Source: Azolla caroliniana (lineage: Eukaryota; Plantae; Polypodiophyta). From it: a stretch of 64,000 bases of DNA. The stretch is taken from NCBI GenBank assembly GCA_043228905.1, contig JBHGNT010000003.1:16120001-16184000 (forward strand), read 5' to 3'. Under the pieces are notes generated by a model. The model made no database searches. It was not told the DNA's origin and saw only the letters and a list, made by a program, of their open reading frames with translations. Both the position numbers and the translations under genes were made by a program. Each line of letters starts with the position of its first letter. Within the stretch, counting starts at the first letter, position 1. Positions 50,500 through 64,000 of the stretch are shown piece by piece.

Positions 50500-53400
50500 T
50501 GTTGAGAGACAAGCTCAACATCGGCCGGATCGGCTGAAGAAGCCGAGGATCGGATCGGTTGGGACCGATCGGTTAGGCCGTTAGGAAAGATATTCCATGA
50601 GGAATATATTTGGGAGTTAGTGTAAGAGCTCTTAATGAGCATTGAAGTATTGTCAGTACTTCGGTCAGTCCTCCTAGGACTTGTACAAAGTGTTCATTGA
50701 ACACATATATGTTAGTTGTTGTTTTTTCCTAGAGAAAAATATACATACATTTTTTGGTGTCCTCTCTCTCACTCTCTCGGTCTCTCCCGCGTATACTATG
50801 TAAGCTCAAGCTCTCCATTAAACCTGAGTGTTCTTCCTTCTGTTCTGTCTTTATACTTGCTTCCGCACGCTACTTTCTACATGGTATCAGAGCGCGAGGG
50901 TTGAGAACCTCTTTGCAGCTGACACAGCTTGACGAAGAAGAACGATGGATAGAGGCATGGCGAGCTCGCTTCCAACAGAGAAGCTCGACAGAACCAACTA
51001 CGCATCTTGGTCCTACAAGATGCACCAGTAACTGCTCGGGCACGGCTACTAGAGTTATGTCGAAGGAGCTAATGACGCGGCACCCGAAATGACACACAGA
51101 GACTTCCCCTCATGGGAACCATCGGCGAGTAGGGTATTATACTGCTTCGCGTCGTGTGTGGGCGAACAGCTATTGAGCTATGTTCGGGATGCAAAGACGT
51201 CGAAGGGTGCGTGGGAAAATCTGAAGAAGATTTTCGCCGCGAGCACCACAGCCAGGAAGCTTCAGCTCCGATAGGAGTTGAGAAACCTACGACAACGTGA
51301 CTTGTCGGTGGCGGACTATACCTCGAAGATCAAGGATATCTACCACTCCCTCGCCTCCATAGAGGTGAACATCGAGGAGAGCGAGATGGTCCAGATCTGT
51401 CTCGGAGGTTTGGCGTCAAAGTTCGGAGCGTTCCGAACGGCTGTGTGTACCCGGGAGAATACGCCGTCCTTTTTTGACTTACAGTCAATGCTCCTGGTAG
51501 AGGAGAACCACGCGGGTGCGTCTACAAGCACGCACACCGATAGCAGAATGTTGTACACGGAGGGAGATAGGCCTCATGGACATGGAGGACGAGGCGAGTC
51601 GGCGCGTAATGGAGGCGGCCGACGAGATCAAGGAAGAAGGCACCAAACTGATGCCGACAGCAACTCCGGACCCTCCGGAAATAGGGGGAGTCGAAGCGAT
51701 GAGAACCGGCAAGGGAAGGCCATCGCGGAGTGCTGGTACTGTGGCAAGAAAGGCCACAGGGAAAGTGAGTGCTGGAAGAAGCGCGCCGATTCGGAGAGAA
51801 CCGGTTCCGGAAACGGCTCCAGACATACCGACAAGGGAAATCGGCAGCGATCACACTACGTCGAAGACTCCGGGAGAGCCGGAGAAGGGTCTGCCTTCGT
51901 GACGAGACACGAAGCAAACTCAATGAAACAAAGCACCCCGAGATCGGACGAGGTGTGGTACGTAGACTCTGACGCGTCAAACCACATGACGAGCCATAAG
52001 GAGTGGTTCTCGTACCTTGAAAAACCAATACAACCTGGAGTAGTCGCAACAGGAGACGACGCTCCGCATCCGATCGCAAATGTCGGAGAAGTTCCCCTTA
52101 GCCATGTCGGGCAGAAAGGGAAACTCATGAACGTGCTGCACGTCCCGACAATCACGAAAAACTTGGTCTCGGTCAGACAGATCGTCGACCAAGGGATGGA
52201 GGTTCGGTTTACACACCTCGGGTGCTTCATTGAGGAAGAAGGCCGTGTGATTGCGCAAGGGCGCAGAGATGGGAGGATGTTCATCCTAGACTCCACTATC
52301 GGCGGCACCGCAATGTTCACGAAGGGACAAAAAACCGAGTCGGACATCGACTTGTGGCACAAGCGGATAGGCCACGTCAACCACCAACGGCTTCAAGATC
52401 TACAATCGAAACAGGTAGTGTTCGAATTACCCAAATTTAGTGGCCGAAAGGCACAAATTTGTGAAGCCTGCCAGCTCAGGAAGCAACACCGACTTCCTTT
52501 CCCAAACGAACAAAAACGGAGCCGGAACAACCTCGACCTTATACACTCGGATGTATGGGGGCCGGCACAAAACGTTAGTCTTGGCGGGAGCCGATATTTC
52601 ATCTCCTTCATCGACGACCACACGCGGCACATGTGGATCTACCTCATTGAGAGGAAGAGCGAAGTCTTCGACTGTTTCCGGGACCTCAAAGGGTTCGTGG
52701 AAACGGAAACGGGACGAAAGATCAAGTGTCTGCGGTCGGATGGCGGGAAAGAGTACTTTTCCGGTCAATTCAACGGTTACCTACAACAAATGGGAATTCG
52801 CCGCGAATTTAGTTGTAGATACACGCCGGAGCAAAACGGCATGGCCGAGAGAAAGAATCGGTCAGTTGTGGAAGCGGCACGGGCAATGCTGGAGGAGAAG
52901 AGCTTGCCCAAGTTCTACTGGGCCGAGGCGGTAAGAACCGCGGTATACATCCAGAACCGGATCGGAGACAAGGTGTCGGCGCACGAGCTATACTTCGGAA
53001 CGAAGCCGAACTTATGACACTTGAGGGTGTTCGGTAGCATTGCGTATGTGCATATACCGAAGGAGAAAAGGAGGAAGCTGGACGCAAAGGCCGAGAAATG
53101 CATCTTGGTCGGTTACTCGAACGAGCAGAAGGGTTATAAGTGCTATAACCCTCGCACCAAACAAGCACGTGTTAGCCGCGACGTTGTGTTTGACGAGTCC
53201 GCGTCCTAGTACCTGCCCCCGACTACGAACCCCGACTCCAATCCGAGCTCTGACGATGAGGTCAGTGAGGCTGAGATGCCTCCGGATGAGCCTGAAATCG
53301 AGACCCGTGAAGAGAGTCCGATTTCACTCCAGTTAAGTGGACCGATTGGACGGCTGAGTCGGTACGACCAGTCCGATAAAGAGTCGGTGAGTAGTGGAGA

Positions 53401-56162
53401 CTCGGCCGTGCATTCCCCGCGCAAGAAGCCGAGGAGACGGCTTACACGCAAAGAGAAAGGGAAGAAGAAGGTGTCGGATTCCGGCACGGATAGGAACGAG
53501 TCAGACCGACGCGAGTCCGACTCTGAGGGAACCGGTGACGGGTCTTTAAAAGTGAAGTCCGTGTCGATCGAGAAGGCCTCGACATCGGCTAATGCGAGAT
53601 TACGCCGATCTACCCGCCAGAGGAATCCTGTTTTGCGGTTCGGATACAACGAGTACATGGCGCATCATTATGCGTACATGACCCATGTAGTGGAAGTGCG
53701 TGAGCCGGAGAGCTACGCAGAAGCGGCTAAAGACGCGAATTGGCATGCCGCGATGGAGGAAGAGATGCACGCATTGGCGGAGAACGAGACCTAGGACCTG
53801 GTTGACGCACCAAGAGGGGTAAAACATATCAGGTGTAGGTGGGTGTACAAAGTCAAGTACAACACCGATGGCTCCGTCAACCGGTACAAGGCTCGGCTAG
53901 TGGCAAAGGGCTACGCGCAGAAACACGGCATCGACTACGATGAGACGTTTGCGCCGGTCGCGAAAATGATGACCGTCCGTGTTTTGCTCGCAGTAGCCGC
54001 GGCCAAGGGGTGGCACCTACATCAAATGGATGTAAAGAATGCGTTCCTGCAAGGTGACCTTGAGGAACAAGTGTACATGGCACAGCCCCCCGGATTTCCC
54101 TCCGGAACAAACTCCTCAGCAGTATGCCGACTAAAGAAGTCCCTTTACGGACTGAAGCAAGCCCCGTGTGCCTGGAACGCGAAGATCACGCAACAACTGC
54201 GTCAGATGGGCTTCGTCACGTCAACATCGGACTCTTCCCTGTTCATCCGGAAAGGTCGACTCGGACCGGTTAGTATTCTACTATATGTCGATGACTTGGT
54301 CATCACCGGCGCCGACCTAGGCGAAATCGACCGCGTGAAGCTCCAGCTTGCGGCATCGTTCGACATGAAGGATCTGGGGGACCTTCATTACTTCCTCGGG
54401 ATTGAAGTGATCCATACCCCCGAAGGCATATTGATCAGCCAACGTCATTACGTGTTGGGTATGCTCTTCAAACTCGGGATGGCCGAATGTAAGTCCGTCT
54501 CGACTCCTCTGGACAGAACCATCAAGCTTCGTCCCGATACGGGAGAGGTATGCGACCCGACGAGGTTCCGAAAAATTGTCGGAAGCCTCATATACTTGAC
54601 CATCACCCGACCCGACCTCAGTTATCTGGTCGGGGTGATCAGTCAGTTCATGGCGCGACCTACCAAGGAGCACTTTCAGTGTGCGCAACGCGTACTGCGG
54701 TACGTAAGTGGCACTAAGGACCGAGGACTGCTATATCGGACCGGTGCAGTCGTGCAGTTAGTCGGCTACACCGATGTTGATTGGGCTGGCAACGCCGCCA
54801 ATCGCCGATCCACGTCCGGATACGCGTTCTCCCTCGGGAGTGCCGCGATCGCGTGGAGCAGTAAGAAGCAGCCGACAGTTGCACTGTCGAGCACCGAAGC
54901 TGAGTACCGAGGAGCAGCTGTCGCGACATGCGAAGCCATATGGTTGAAGCGGCTACTTAAGGACCTGCAAGCGGAGGTGTCAGATCCGACGACGATCTAC
55001 TGCAACAACCTCAGCAGCATCCAGTTCGCGAAGAACCCCGTTTTCCACGCACGGACCAAGCACATTGAGGTGCACTACCATTTCGTCCGTGAGCGTGTCC
55101 TTTCCGGTGAAGTCGAACTTCAGTACGTGCCGACGGATCGGCAGACTGCCGACATCTTCACAAAGCCTCTTCGTCTGGACAAGTTGCGGCAATTCTCAGG
55201 TGCGCTCGGGTTGCGTCACCTCGATGTGCCGAACTTGAGGGGGAGAACAGTCCCGAACGACCAAGCAAGGCAGCAGGAAAGGAGCGGAGACCGCGACACC
55301 GAGTCGGTTGTCCGCAACACCGAGTCGGTTGACGAGTTCGACTTCGGATCGGCTGAAGAAGCCGAGGGCGGACCCGCGGAAAAGTCTGGAAGTGGACAGA
55401 AGGGGAGCAGCCGAAGGAGAGAGCCGAAGCCAACCACGCATGGGGGAGATGACGCCATCGAGGGCGAGAAGACTGAAGACAAGTTGGAGACAGCCAACTC
55501 GGACGAGAGCAAAAACCGATCAGAGGTAGCCGAGTCGGTTCGGATGTTTGATTTAGACACGTTGAATCAACTGAGGCCCAAGCGGAAGAAAAGGCAGCAG
55601 AAGAAGTGTCGACACCGCAACAGCAGAAGAGCTGATAAGGGCCACATGAGCAGAAAACCCGACCGGAAGGGTCGAAGCGCGTGGAATCGAACAGGTTGAG
55701 GAGCGCGAGCGAGGCGTGAAGCCAGGAGGAACCGGAGCTGTGAAGATCCCGAAGAGCCTCAAGTTGAGCTTGAGGGGGAGTGTTGAGAGACAAGCTCAAC
55801 ATCAGTCGGATCAGCTGAAGAAGCCGAGGACCGGATCGGTTGGGACCGATCGGTTAGGCCGTTAGGAAAGATATTCCGTGAGGAATATATTTGGGAGTTA
55901 GTGTAAGAGCTCTTAATGAGCATTGAAGTATTGTCAGTACTTTGGTCAGTCCTCCTAGGACTTGTACAAAGTGTTCATTGAACACATATATGTTAGTTGT
56001 TGTTTTTTCCTAGAGAAAAATATACACACATTTTTTGGTGTCCTCTCTCTCACTCTCTCGGTCTCTCCCGCGTATACTGTGTAAGCTCAAGCTCTCCATT
56101 AAACCTGAGTGTTCTTCCTTCTATTCTGTCTTTATACTTGCTTCTGCACGCTACTTTCTACA
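50500..56162 (+). mobile_element. Full-length Ty1/Copia retrotransposon
   Basis: 382-bp LTRs at 50500-50881 and 55781-56162 (about 10 transitions); PBS-Met 50882-50893; PPT; TSD GTGCG/ATGCG. Confidence 0.96.
50945..55699 (+). pseudogene. gag-pol: Copia gag-pol in one frame with six in-frame stops
   Basis: ORFs 51278, 53021, 53276 and 53843 share a frame; CCHC, PR, HHCC, D,D-E, YVDD and RNase H motifs. Confidence 0.93.
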
Positions 56163-57613
56163 ATGCGCACAAAGGATATTGCACTATGTCCGCAACACTA
56201 AGGATAGAGTGCTACTATATCAAATCGGTGTTGTTGAACAGCTCGTCGGCTACTCGAATTCCAATTCAGTAGGAAACGTCGGTGATCGAAGATCCACATC
56301 TCGGTTCATTTACTCGCTTGGGAGTGCCACGATCGCCTGGAGCAGCAAAAGGCAATCGACAGTTGCATTGTCGAGCACGAAGGCGGAGTATCGAGGAGCT
56401 GCTATCGCGACATGCGAAGCCATTTGGCTCAAGAGGCTACTCAAGGATCTGCATGTGGAGGTGTCCACTCCGACAACGATCTACAGCGACAACCTCAACA
56501 GCATCCAACTTGCAAAAAAACTCATCTTCCACGCCCGGACCAAGTACATTGAGGTGCACTACCATTTTGTTCGCGAGCGTGTCCTATTTAGTGAAGTCGA
56601 ACTAGCGTATGTTCTGACGAATCGGCAAATTGCCGACATCTTCACCAAGCCTCTTGGTCTCGACAAGTTGCGGCAATTCTCGGGTGCGCTTGGTTTGCGG
56701 CACCTCGACATGCCGAACTTGAGGGGGAGAAAAGACCAGGAAAGGGAGCAGGAAAGGAGCAGAAGTGACCGCGAAGCTGATTCGGATGAAGAATTCGATT
56801 TCGGGTCGGCCGAAAAAGCCAAAGGCGGAAACAAGGGCAACAACCGAAGGGAAGAGCCGGAGTCAGTCGAACACGAGGGAGTTGAAGCCAAGAAGGATGA
56901 GAAGGCCAAGACCAAGACTTGGTCTGATGTGGTTAAGGGCCTGAAGACGAATTGGAGACAGCCGATTCGATTCGAATGTTCGATTCCAAGACTCTGAATC
57001 AACTGAAGGCCAAGTGGAGGAAAGGGCCGCGGAAGAGGCGCCAACACCACGATAGCAAGGGAGGTGAGAAAGGCTGCACGAGGAGACAAGCCGACCGAAA
57101 GGGTCGAGGCGCATGGAATCGAACGAGTCCAAGAGCGCGAGCGAGGTGTGAAGCCAGGAGAAGCCGGAACAAAGATCCGGAAGAGCAGGCGGAACCTCAA
57201 GTTGAGCTTGAGGGGGAGTGTTAAGACACAAGCTCAACATTGGGTGCGTAAACCAATGTGTAGATTGGGTGCGTAAATCGGATGTGCAACGAGAGGTCGT
57301 AGCGGTGCGTAAACCGGGAGGCCGTTCCGTTCGATAGATGTTCCGTAGAGGAATATATTTTGGGAGTTAGTGTAGAGGCTCATTATGAGCATTGAAGTAC
57401 GTGTCAATAATTCTGTCAGTCCATATGGACTTGTATAAAAGTGCTCTCTAAGCACATTCTATGTACAGAGTTTTAGAGTATTGTTTTGGATTAGAGTTTT
57501 CTGTGTTTTGCTCTCTCTGTCTCTCACGTGTACACTATGTTGATTAAGCTTTCCATTAAACCTTCTTTGTTACCCAGCTGTGTCTGTTAAGCTTCTGCGC
57601 GTATTCTTTTACA

Positions 57614-60100
57614 TTACTCCTACAAATGTGCAATAGTACCGGATTACTTATTGCAAATGGTATTTCCTTATGGCCCAACACTAATGGTTTTACATGTAGA
57701 AAACACAATGGAAATAGTGTGATTGACTATGTGCTACTTTCCCAAGGTATTTTGGATCGTATACATAAATTCTCACTTGGTGAATGGACACCGGAATCCA
57801 ATCATAGGCATTTATGTATTGATCTGAAATGTATGCATATGTTTGATTGTGAGAAGGTTATGGAAGATAATAAACAACCACACTTGAGCATGAACCTTAA
57901 GCGAGCGCCCATGTATTCTAAGATGGTTGACGATATGTTACAAATGACAAAGATACAACATGGTGCCACTTAACTCTTCAAGACTTGTCTATGCATTGTA
58001 AGAATTTATATGAGTTATCTCTTGCTAGAAAGATGATGTGTTATGGTTCTCTTTCACATATGTCTCCCTTCTTTACAATTGAAGATATATGCATAGGACT
58101 TAAGAAATTGGCCTCTCTAAAGGCAAGTGATCTTCAACGTATAAAGGCTGAAATGCTCAAATGGACGGGAAAGGAAGCACATGTATGGATAAGCGATATG
58201 TTTAATGATACATTGCAACATGGTATGACGTACGATTGGACTACAAATTGGATCAAACCTTTACATAAAGGTGGAGATGTAAATAATGTAAACAATTATC
58301 GAACCATCATGGTTGGCTCATTAATGTAAAACCATTCGGATGTATAATGGAATCAAAGATACTTGTGTATGGGCTGAAGAAAATGGTAAGAGAGCTTATG
58401 GACAAGCTGGCTTTCGAAAACACCATAGCACCATTGATCACCTTGTCACCCTTCGAGTATTAATGGAGGAAAGTCGTCTTAGAGGTAAAGGTTTAAATTG
58501 TTGCTTTGTACACTTCAAGAAAGCTTTTGATATAGTACCTCATGAGCATCTTTGGAGGCGAATGGAAGAACTTGAGGTGCCAAGTGAATATATGCTTGTA
58601 GTTTCCCGATTTTATGAGAAGGTTTATGTTGTGTGCGTATGAGAGATAAACTTTCAGATTTTTTCAAAAGCACTATTGGTGTTAAGCAAGGATGCCCACT
58701 CTCACCAACACTATTTGGTCTATGCATTGATGAATTGGAAGAAATGGTTACCAAGTTTGCAAAGGAAGAATGTGTTGAAGAAGTTGCCATTGGGAATGTG
58801 ATTATGCTTTTGCTATATGCAAATGATGTAGTGCTTTTTGCAAATACTTTAGGAGATGCACAAAAGCTTATGAAGGCATTGGAAAAACTTTGCATGCATA
58901 CTAAATTAATTGTCAATAGCACTAAAACAAAGATTATGCTTGTGAAGAGCCAAAAAAGAGATAAACCATGCATTATGTACAACAATGAGCCACTTGAATG
59001 TGTGGAAAGCTTCAAATATCTTGGCCTTGAAGTTCCTTCAAATCATAGATGGAATGAATGTGCTACAAGCCGCTTAGAGGCGGGTAAGCGATTATACTAT
59101 GCATTTGAGAACACATGCAATCTTGGAGATATTAAGTGTTGGGTCCTCAAGAAATATCTTTTCGACACTTTGGTGACACCGATTCTTCTCTATGGGGTGG
59201 AAGTATGGGGCAGTAGCATCCCTAAATCTATGTGGAAAGATTTTGAAATGTCCAAAAACATTTTCTTACAAAGTTTCTACAAGTTAAGAAACAAACGCCC
59301 TACACCCTCCTCCTTGAGATGGGATTGCTTCCCATTGAGATCATGGCCATGGAAAGGGTTGTTGAAAACATGCTTAAGGTTCAAAAAAGTCCCTTACATC
59401 GACTTCCTAGAATTGAATGGGAAGCAAGCAAAAAGATCCAAAAGACGCATAAAAGCAAAATTTTGTGTTCCGGTTGGATGCAAGATATAGAAAAATTGTT
59501 TGGTAGATAGGATGCGAGACACTTACTTCATGATGCATCACTAGATTCCTCTGTAAATGAGGCCTTCTTGCAACGCCAATGTATCATGACATGGGACAAA
59601 TGTGGAGGCTCACGCTTCACACATTATACTACACATGTTGCACCTAACTACAAAACCATATTCTTTGCAGAACGGGGAAATCGTACACATCGATACATGT
59701 TAGAGCCCATACCGTTATTTGCCATTCGAACCATTGCTTCCATGCGACTTAGCTCACATGCATTGCAATGTGAGATAGTGCGTTGGGGCACAAGTGATGA
59801 GAGTGGTTGGCTATGCACACTTTGCCCTAAACAAGTTCGCGAATTTGAGTATCACACTTTGATACAATGCTCTGCCTTTGATCATATTCGACCATGCTTT
59901 CCACATCTCTTCAGCCGAGCCCAATCCTTGCATGAATTCCTCTCACAACCACAATGTGCACTCTCGATTGCAACATTCATTGGTAAAGTTCTTGAACATC
60001 GAGAGTCACTACTCACTTTCACACATATCACGTGAAATGTAATATTTTTGGTCTCACAGGTCATATTTAACCTCCGAAGACAATAATATAATCTATCTAT
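57614..60100 (+). mobile_element. Non-LTR retrotransposon (RTE/RTEX-like LINE), decayed
   Basis: EN tail SVIDYVL..SNH; RT QAGFR, GVKQGCPLSPTLF, YAND, FKYLG; C-terminal CxxC..H..C; (ATCT)n tail at 60091-60100. Confidence 0.88.
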
Positions 60101-60990
60101 TGCAAGCTTCCATTGATATTTGTCTACCTTGTTCTTTCACATACACCTTGTGTATTATCTTTATAGACAAGATTATCATATTCTTTACGAACTCAAGATG
60201 ACCCATCTCCAACAGATCTTTCTAGGATTCCAAGATAACTCATTTTTTCCAATCATTATCTAGATTTAGAAGCTCAAACCAAGGTACACCAAGGACAATT
60301 GGATGTTAAGGCTATGGATTAAATAAAATGAAATCACATATGTTAGGTCACCAAGAACTACATGAAATGACTCAGACTTGGTAGTTATGCCTCTAGAAGC
60401 AATAGGTTATCCATCAATGATTGTGATAGATGCTAGATACCACAATGTTTTCAAGTCAATTTTATGTGTCAAGACAAATTTTCAATCCATGAAGCAAAAG
60501 TTGGATCTGGAGGTACTTCGTTCAACTTTTGCCACAAAACCCCTACTAACTTTATTTGACAAAACGGAACCACTTAGTACTAGCACTCACTTAGTTAGCT
60601 TGATGTCTAGGTTAATGACATGTTTGAGGCCACCACATATATATAGACAGTTTGCTTGATGTCACTAGTTTTCAACTTCGCAAGGGGCATCAAACTCATG
60701 TTGGTTGAAGTCAAGCATGATGGGAGCTAAAAAGAGGACAAGAGCTTCCTTCTCGTTAGGGTTTTAATCAACAATCTCATAAACCTACTTGAAGGTGAGT
60801 GATCCCTATAGACCTCAAAAAACATAATAGTGGATGATCTTGTCAATCTCCTCTTGGAAATTAAGATGATAAGCTTTGTTAATAGGCATGGAGAGTTTAA
60901 ATTAACCATATAAGAATCTTTTCATGTATTACCCAACCAACACGTTGGTAGTGGGATCATAACCCATCTCCGTTGGACATGTCCAATATC
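60101..60990 (-). pseudogene. Heavily decayed Tcn1-like gag/protease remnant
   Basis: Minus strand gives IVLGVPWFELLNLDNDW (~60250-60300) and SNFCFMD (~60485-60505). Confidence 0.55.
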
Positions 60991-62330
60991 ATCCATTCAT
61001 TCATTCAATGGCATATCTTTCCGTTAAGTTCTCAATAAAGCTAATATAAGTAAATGTATTTTAAAAACATTAGGATGGTATGGGTATTGCTGGTAATTCC
61101 TTAAAAGTTTTAACACCATCTTTATTATTGATTTATCAACATTGTTATAATACATCATTGAAACTCCTTGAGAGTCAGGATTTTGGATATATGAACTAGT
61201 AAATGCATGCACACCAAGATATCTACACACATGGTCATATATATGCTCACACACATTTAGAGATCCATTTTCTTCACCCTACCCCTATACCACATTTAAA
61301 ACACTCATATGTTGTGAGCTACATACTTCTCGATGTTTCCTAAGTGATGACAAAGTTTCAGACAAGAGACTTTCATTTTCAATTTTTTGTCAACACAATG
61401 TTGTTCTATTTAGTATACCTAACACCCAAGCAACACTTTTTTACATTTCACAAAATACTCTTAGTTAGTTACATTAATTAATGATTCGTTAATTGTTCTA
61501 CATTCTTAGTTCTATGTAGATATCAGCAATTACTTACATGATTCACAATTAACCAATCAATTAGTATTTAAGTCAACATTGATGAAGCCCTGTTGACAAA
61601 GAAAGCATGAAGTCAACATTGATGAAATCAACGATCTGGTAATATTCTGATATCTCGTAAACCATACACAATCCATGATGGTTAAGGCATTTTTGCATTA
61701 CGCAACAACTCATGACCTCTGCAATGTGGCAAGGTGTGGCTGAAGTAGTACATTAGCATCTTTCATGAATCCATTCTACAAATGTCAGCTAAAAGCTATA
61801 TATTTTCAATGTAATGATAACTCTCATTAAGGATACCAATTTGGGAGGAAATGTTACAAATCAAATTCATTTGATATCTATCTATATATATATATGCTAC
61901 ATATGTTCAATGCAATAAAAAATCTCATTTCAGATAGCTGTATGCGAGGAAATGTTTTCCACGTGTACATAGATAAATGTAAAGATAATATATCATGACA
62001 AATCAATCCATGCAAGCATTTGACCCATGTATATATGTTTTATATACTCATGCTGAATAAGAGTGGTGAGGATAGTTTACCGTAATAATTGCTTAGCATT
62101 GAGACAGACAAATGCTTGGGATGCTCGGGTATTACACGTGAAGGGTCACCATCCCTTCACACAACTCTACACTTCTTACCCAACATGGGCATAAATTAAA
62201 AATCCTCCGAATAGAAAGTTACCAAACAATATTATATGTTTTTGTGTGTTGTCAAATTTGGAGGGAAAAAGACACGCACAAAGCATGTATTGATGATACA
62301 ATTATTGCACAGAATATGTAGATCATATCT

Positions 62331-62399
62331 TTAGTTGCTCTCGATAAAAGAGAGGACAGCATCGGTATGCATAGAGAAGAGTTGTGTATCCACAAAAAG
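62331..62399 (-). CDS. Final coding exon of a DENN (AEX-3) domain protein
   Basis: CAG acceptor then LFVDTQLFSMHTDAVLSFIESN-TAA; matches the recalled C-terminus of plant DENN proteins. Confidence 0.85.
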   Translation of the reverse strand, partial: LFVDTQLFSMHTDAVLSFIESN

Positions 62400-62619
62400 C
62401 TGTGTTTGTATTTACATATGATTTGTTAGAAGATGAAGTCATAAAAACACTGATGGAAGAAGCGTTAAACCAAATGAAGCATAAAAATCATTACAAATGT
62501 GTATCTATAGACATATATTACTTATACATGTATATATACATACATATATACATATACATTTAATATGTCTTTTTATTCATACATATAATTATGCATACAT
62601 GTATGCATATGCAATAAGG

Positions 62620-63035
62620 ACATGGACAGACGGACACATGGACAGGGACACACAAACATGGCCACATGGCCACATTGACATGGACACGGGCACGCGGGCA
62701 TGCGGATATGAACACACGGATAATGGTCATGGACATATGGACATACAGACATGGACATATGCTGGACATACGGACATACGGACAAATGGACAGGGACATG
62801 GACGTGGACGTGGACACACAGAAATGGCCACATGGCCACACCGAATGACACAGGCATGCAGACACATGGACATGGACACACATGGATAATGGTCATGGAC
62901 ATATGGACATACAGACATGGACATATGATGGACATACAGACGGACGTGGACATGGACACGGACATGGACATGGACACGGACATGGACATGGACACGGACA
63001 TGGACACGGACATGGACACGGACATGGACATGTAC
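62620..63035. repeat. Intronic (GGACAY)n degenerate hexamer array
   Basis: GGACAT/GGACAC runs inside intron 62400-63142. Confidence 0.9.
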
Positions 63036-63142
63036 ATCTGTATCCGTGTATGTAGCATATATAAGTACATACATGAAAATTATGCATCATATTCTAATCG
63101 ATTAAGTTCATAACCAGGAAAACAAGCCTAAAACTAACTCAC

Positions 63143-63208
63143 CTTCATAAAAGAGTGATCTTTTCTTTCAAAGTCCTCCACAAAGCTATCCTTCAAAAGC
63201 AATGAAAC
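63143..63208 (-). CDS. Penultimate exon of the DENN domain protein
   Basis: TTCAG|VSLLLKDSFVEDFERKDHSFMK|GTGAG; 66 nt, phase 0, splices in frame to 62399. Confidence 0.85.
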
Positions 63209-63789
63209 CTGAAGAAAGAAAAGGATAAATCACATCAAAATTAGAAGATCAGAGAAATGGCATCAATTGGTTTTAGCTTGAAACTTACAAGGACAACATA
63301 AATAGATTAGCAACATAAATGTTTCCCTACACAACATTCACATATACATTTTGAGGTCTATTAGACAAGCGAAGTGCAAAACTTGTGATGTTGGCAATGC
63401 TCTCATCCTCATTAGTTCTTGAAAGCTACTACAACCTTGTAGGAATTCCTGAAAATCATTCCTAATTGCTCCAAATGTGATATATCCTGACATGTTCTTC
63501 TATTTCTGACACAAGGAGGCAGCAGATATGGGTCACATTCTCTTTTTCTGCTTGGCGTGCAGCCAACTCCCAGTTTCTATTTTCAATGTGTATGAAGATC
63601 TGCACATCAACGTGATAGCATATCTCTATATTATTTAATATTTTCTGATTTATGTTGAAGTTTTGCAATCTCGTTTTCGGAACTGTACTACAACTAATAG
63701 AATATTTTGTACTTTGAATGGGATCCTTGGCCAAGATTCCAGAAGCATTGGAGGAAGACAAAGGGGCTGAGTAGTGGTCATGACGTATG

Positions 63790-64000
63790 GGGCAAAATGA
63801 AGTCTATGTATGAGTCAAACACTGCAGTGAATCAAGTTTACTTGATGAGAAGCCTCATCACTGCATGACTTGGAGATGCCAAGTCTGCATTTTAACACAT
63901 TTCCACATTCAATAGTCTACTCAATCAACTTCAAGATGTAGAATTGCAAATTCTCGACGACAAAATGAAGGCAATCTTCTTACTCATGGCGTTCCTTGAA
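63790..64000 (+). pseudogene. Copia gag fragment, probably intronic
   Basis: KSMYESNTAVNQVYLM..FNSLLNQLQDVELQILDDKMKAIFLL. Confidence 0.65.

Larger units (their letters stand above)
49610..57613 (+). mobile_element. Older Copia 3' part (RT 49610-50499; RNase H/tail from 56163; 3' LTR 57219-57613), split by a close relative
   Basis: EHL*C|AQRILHYV continuity across the insertion; PPT GAGGGGGAG; LTR TG..CA. Confidence 0.88.

Noticed and set aside
62497-63113. His/Met/Cys-rich ORFs suggesting metal-binding proteins
   Set aside because: They are translations of an intronic hexamer repeat.
63348-63448. Additional minus-strand exon (AG..GT bounded)
   Set aside because: The peptide does not resemble the expected upstream DENN sequence, and its length would shift phase.

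Overview
Eukaryotic (land-plant) repeat-rich DNA, not prokaryotic. The Tcn1-like and Ylt1-like Gypsy lineages and an RTE/RTEX-type LINE suggest a seed-free plant such as a fern (inference). About 61 kb is a nested pile of LTR retrotransposons. It includes a very young Met-primed chromovirus Gypsy (3496-10608), a full-length Copia (50500-56162), tRNA-Trp-primed Ylt1-like Gypsy elements with 4-bp TSDs plus a non-autonomous derivative, self-primed Tcn1/Tf1-like elements, Tnt1/Tork-like Copia remnants and solo LTRs, a hAT MITE, a probable DNA-transposon remnant and a LINE. The only host gene recognised is the last two exons of a DENN-domain protein on the minus strand (62331-63208). The most unusual signals are: (1) a TSD-flanked 679-bp palindrome built as U3-R-U5-PBS-inverted U3, which looks like an integrated fold-back product of self-primed reverse transcription; (2) outward-facing tRNA-like Pol III A/B-box modules in the LTRs of two unrelated Gypsy lineages; (3) CpG-centred 4-bp target sites of the Trp-primed family; (4) a reconstructable ~3.4-kb inversion that splits one Copia. 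All boundaries were read by eye and lineage names are motif-based inferences.
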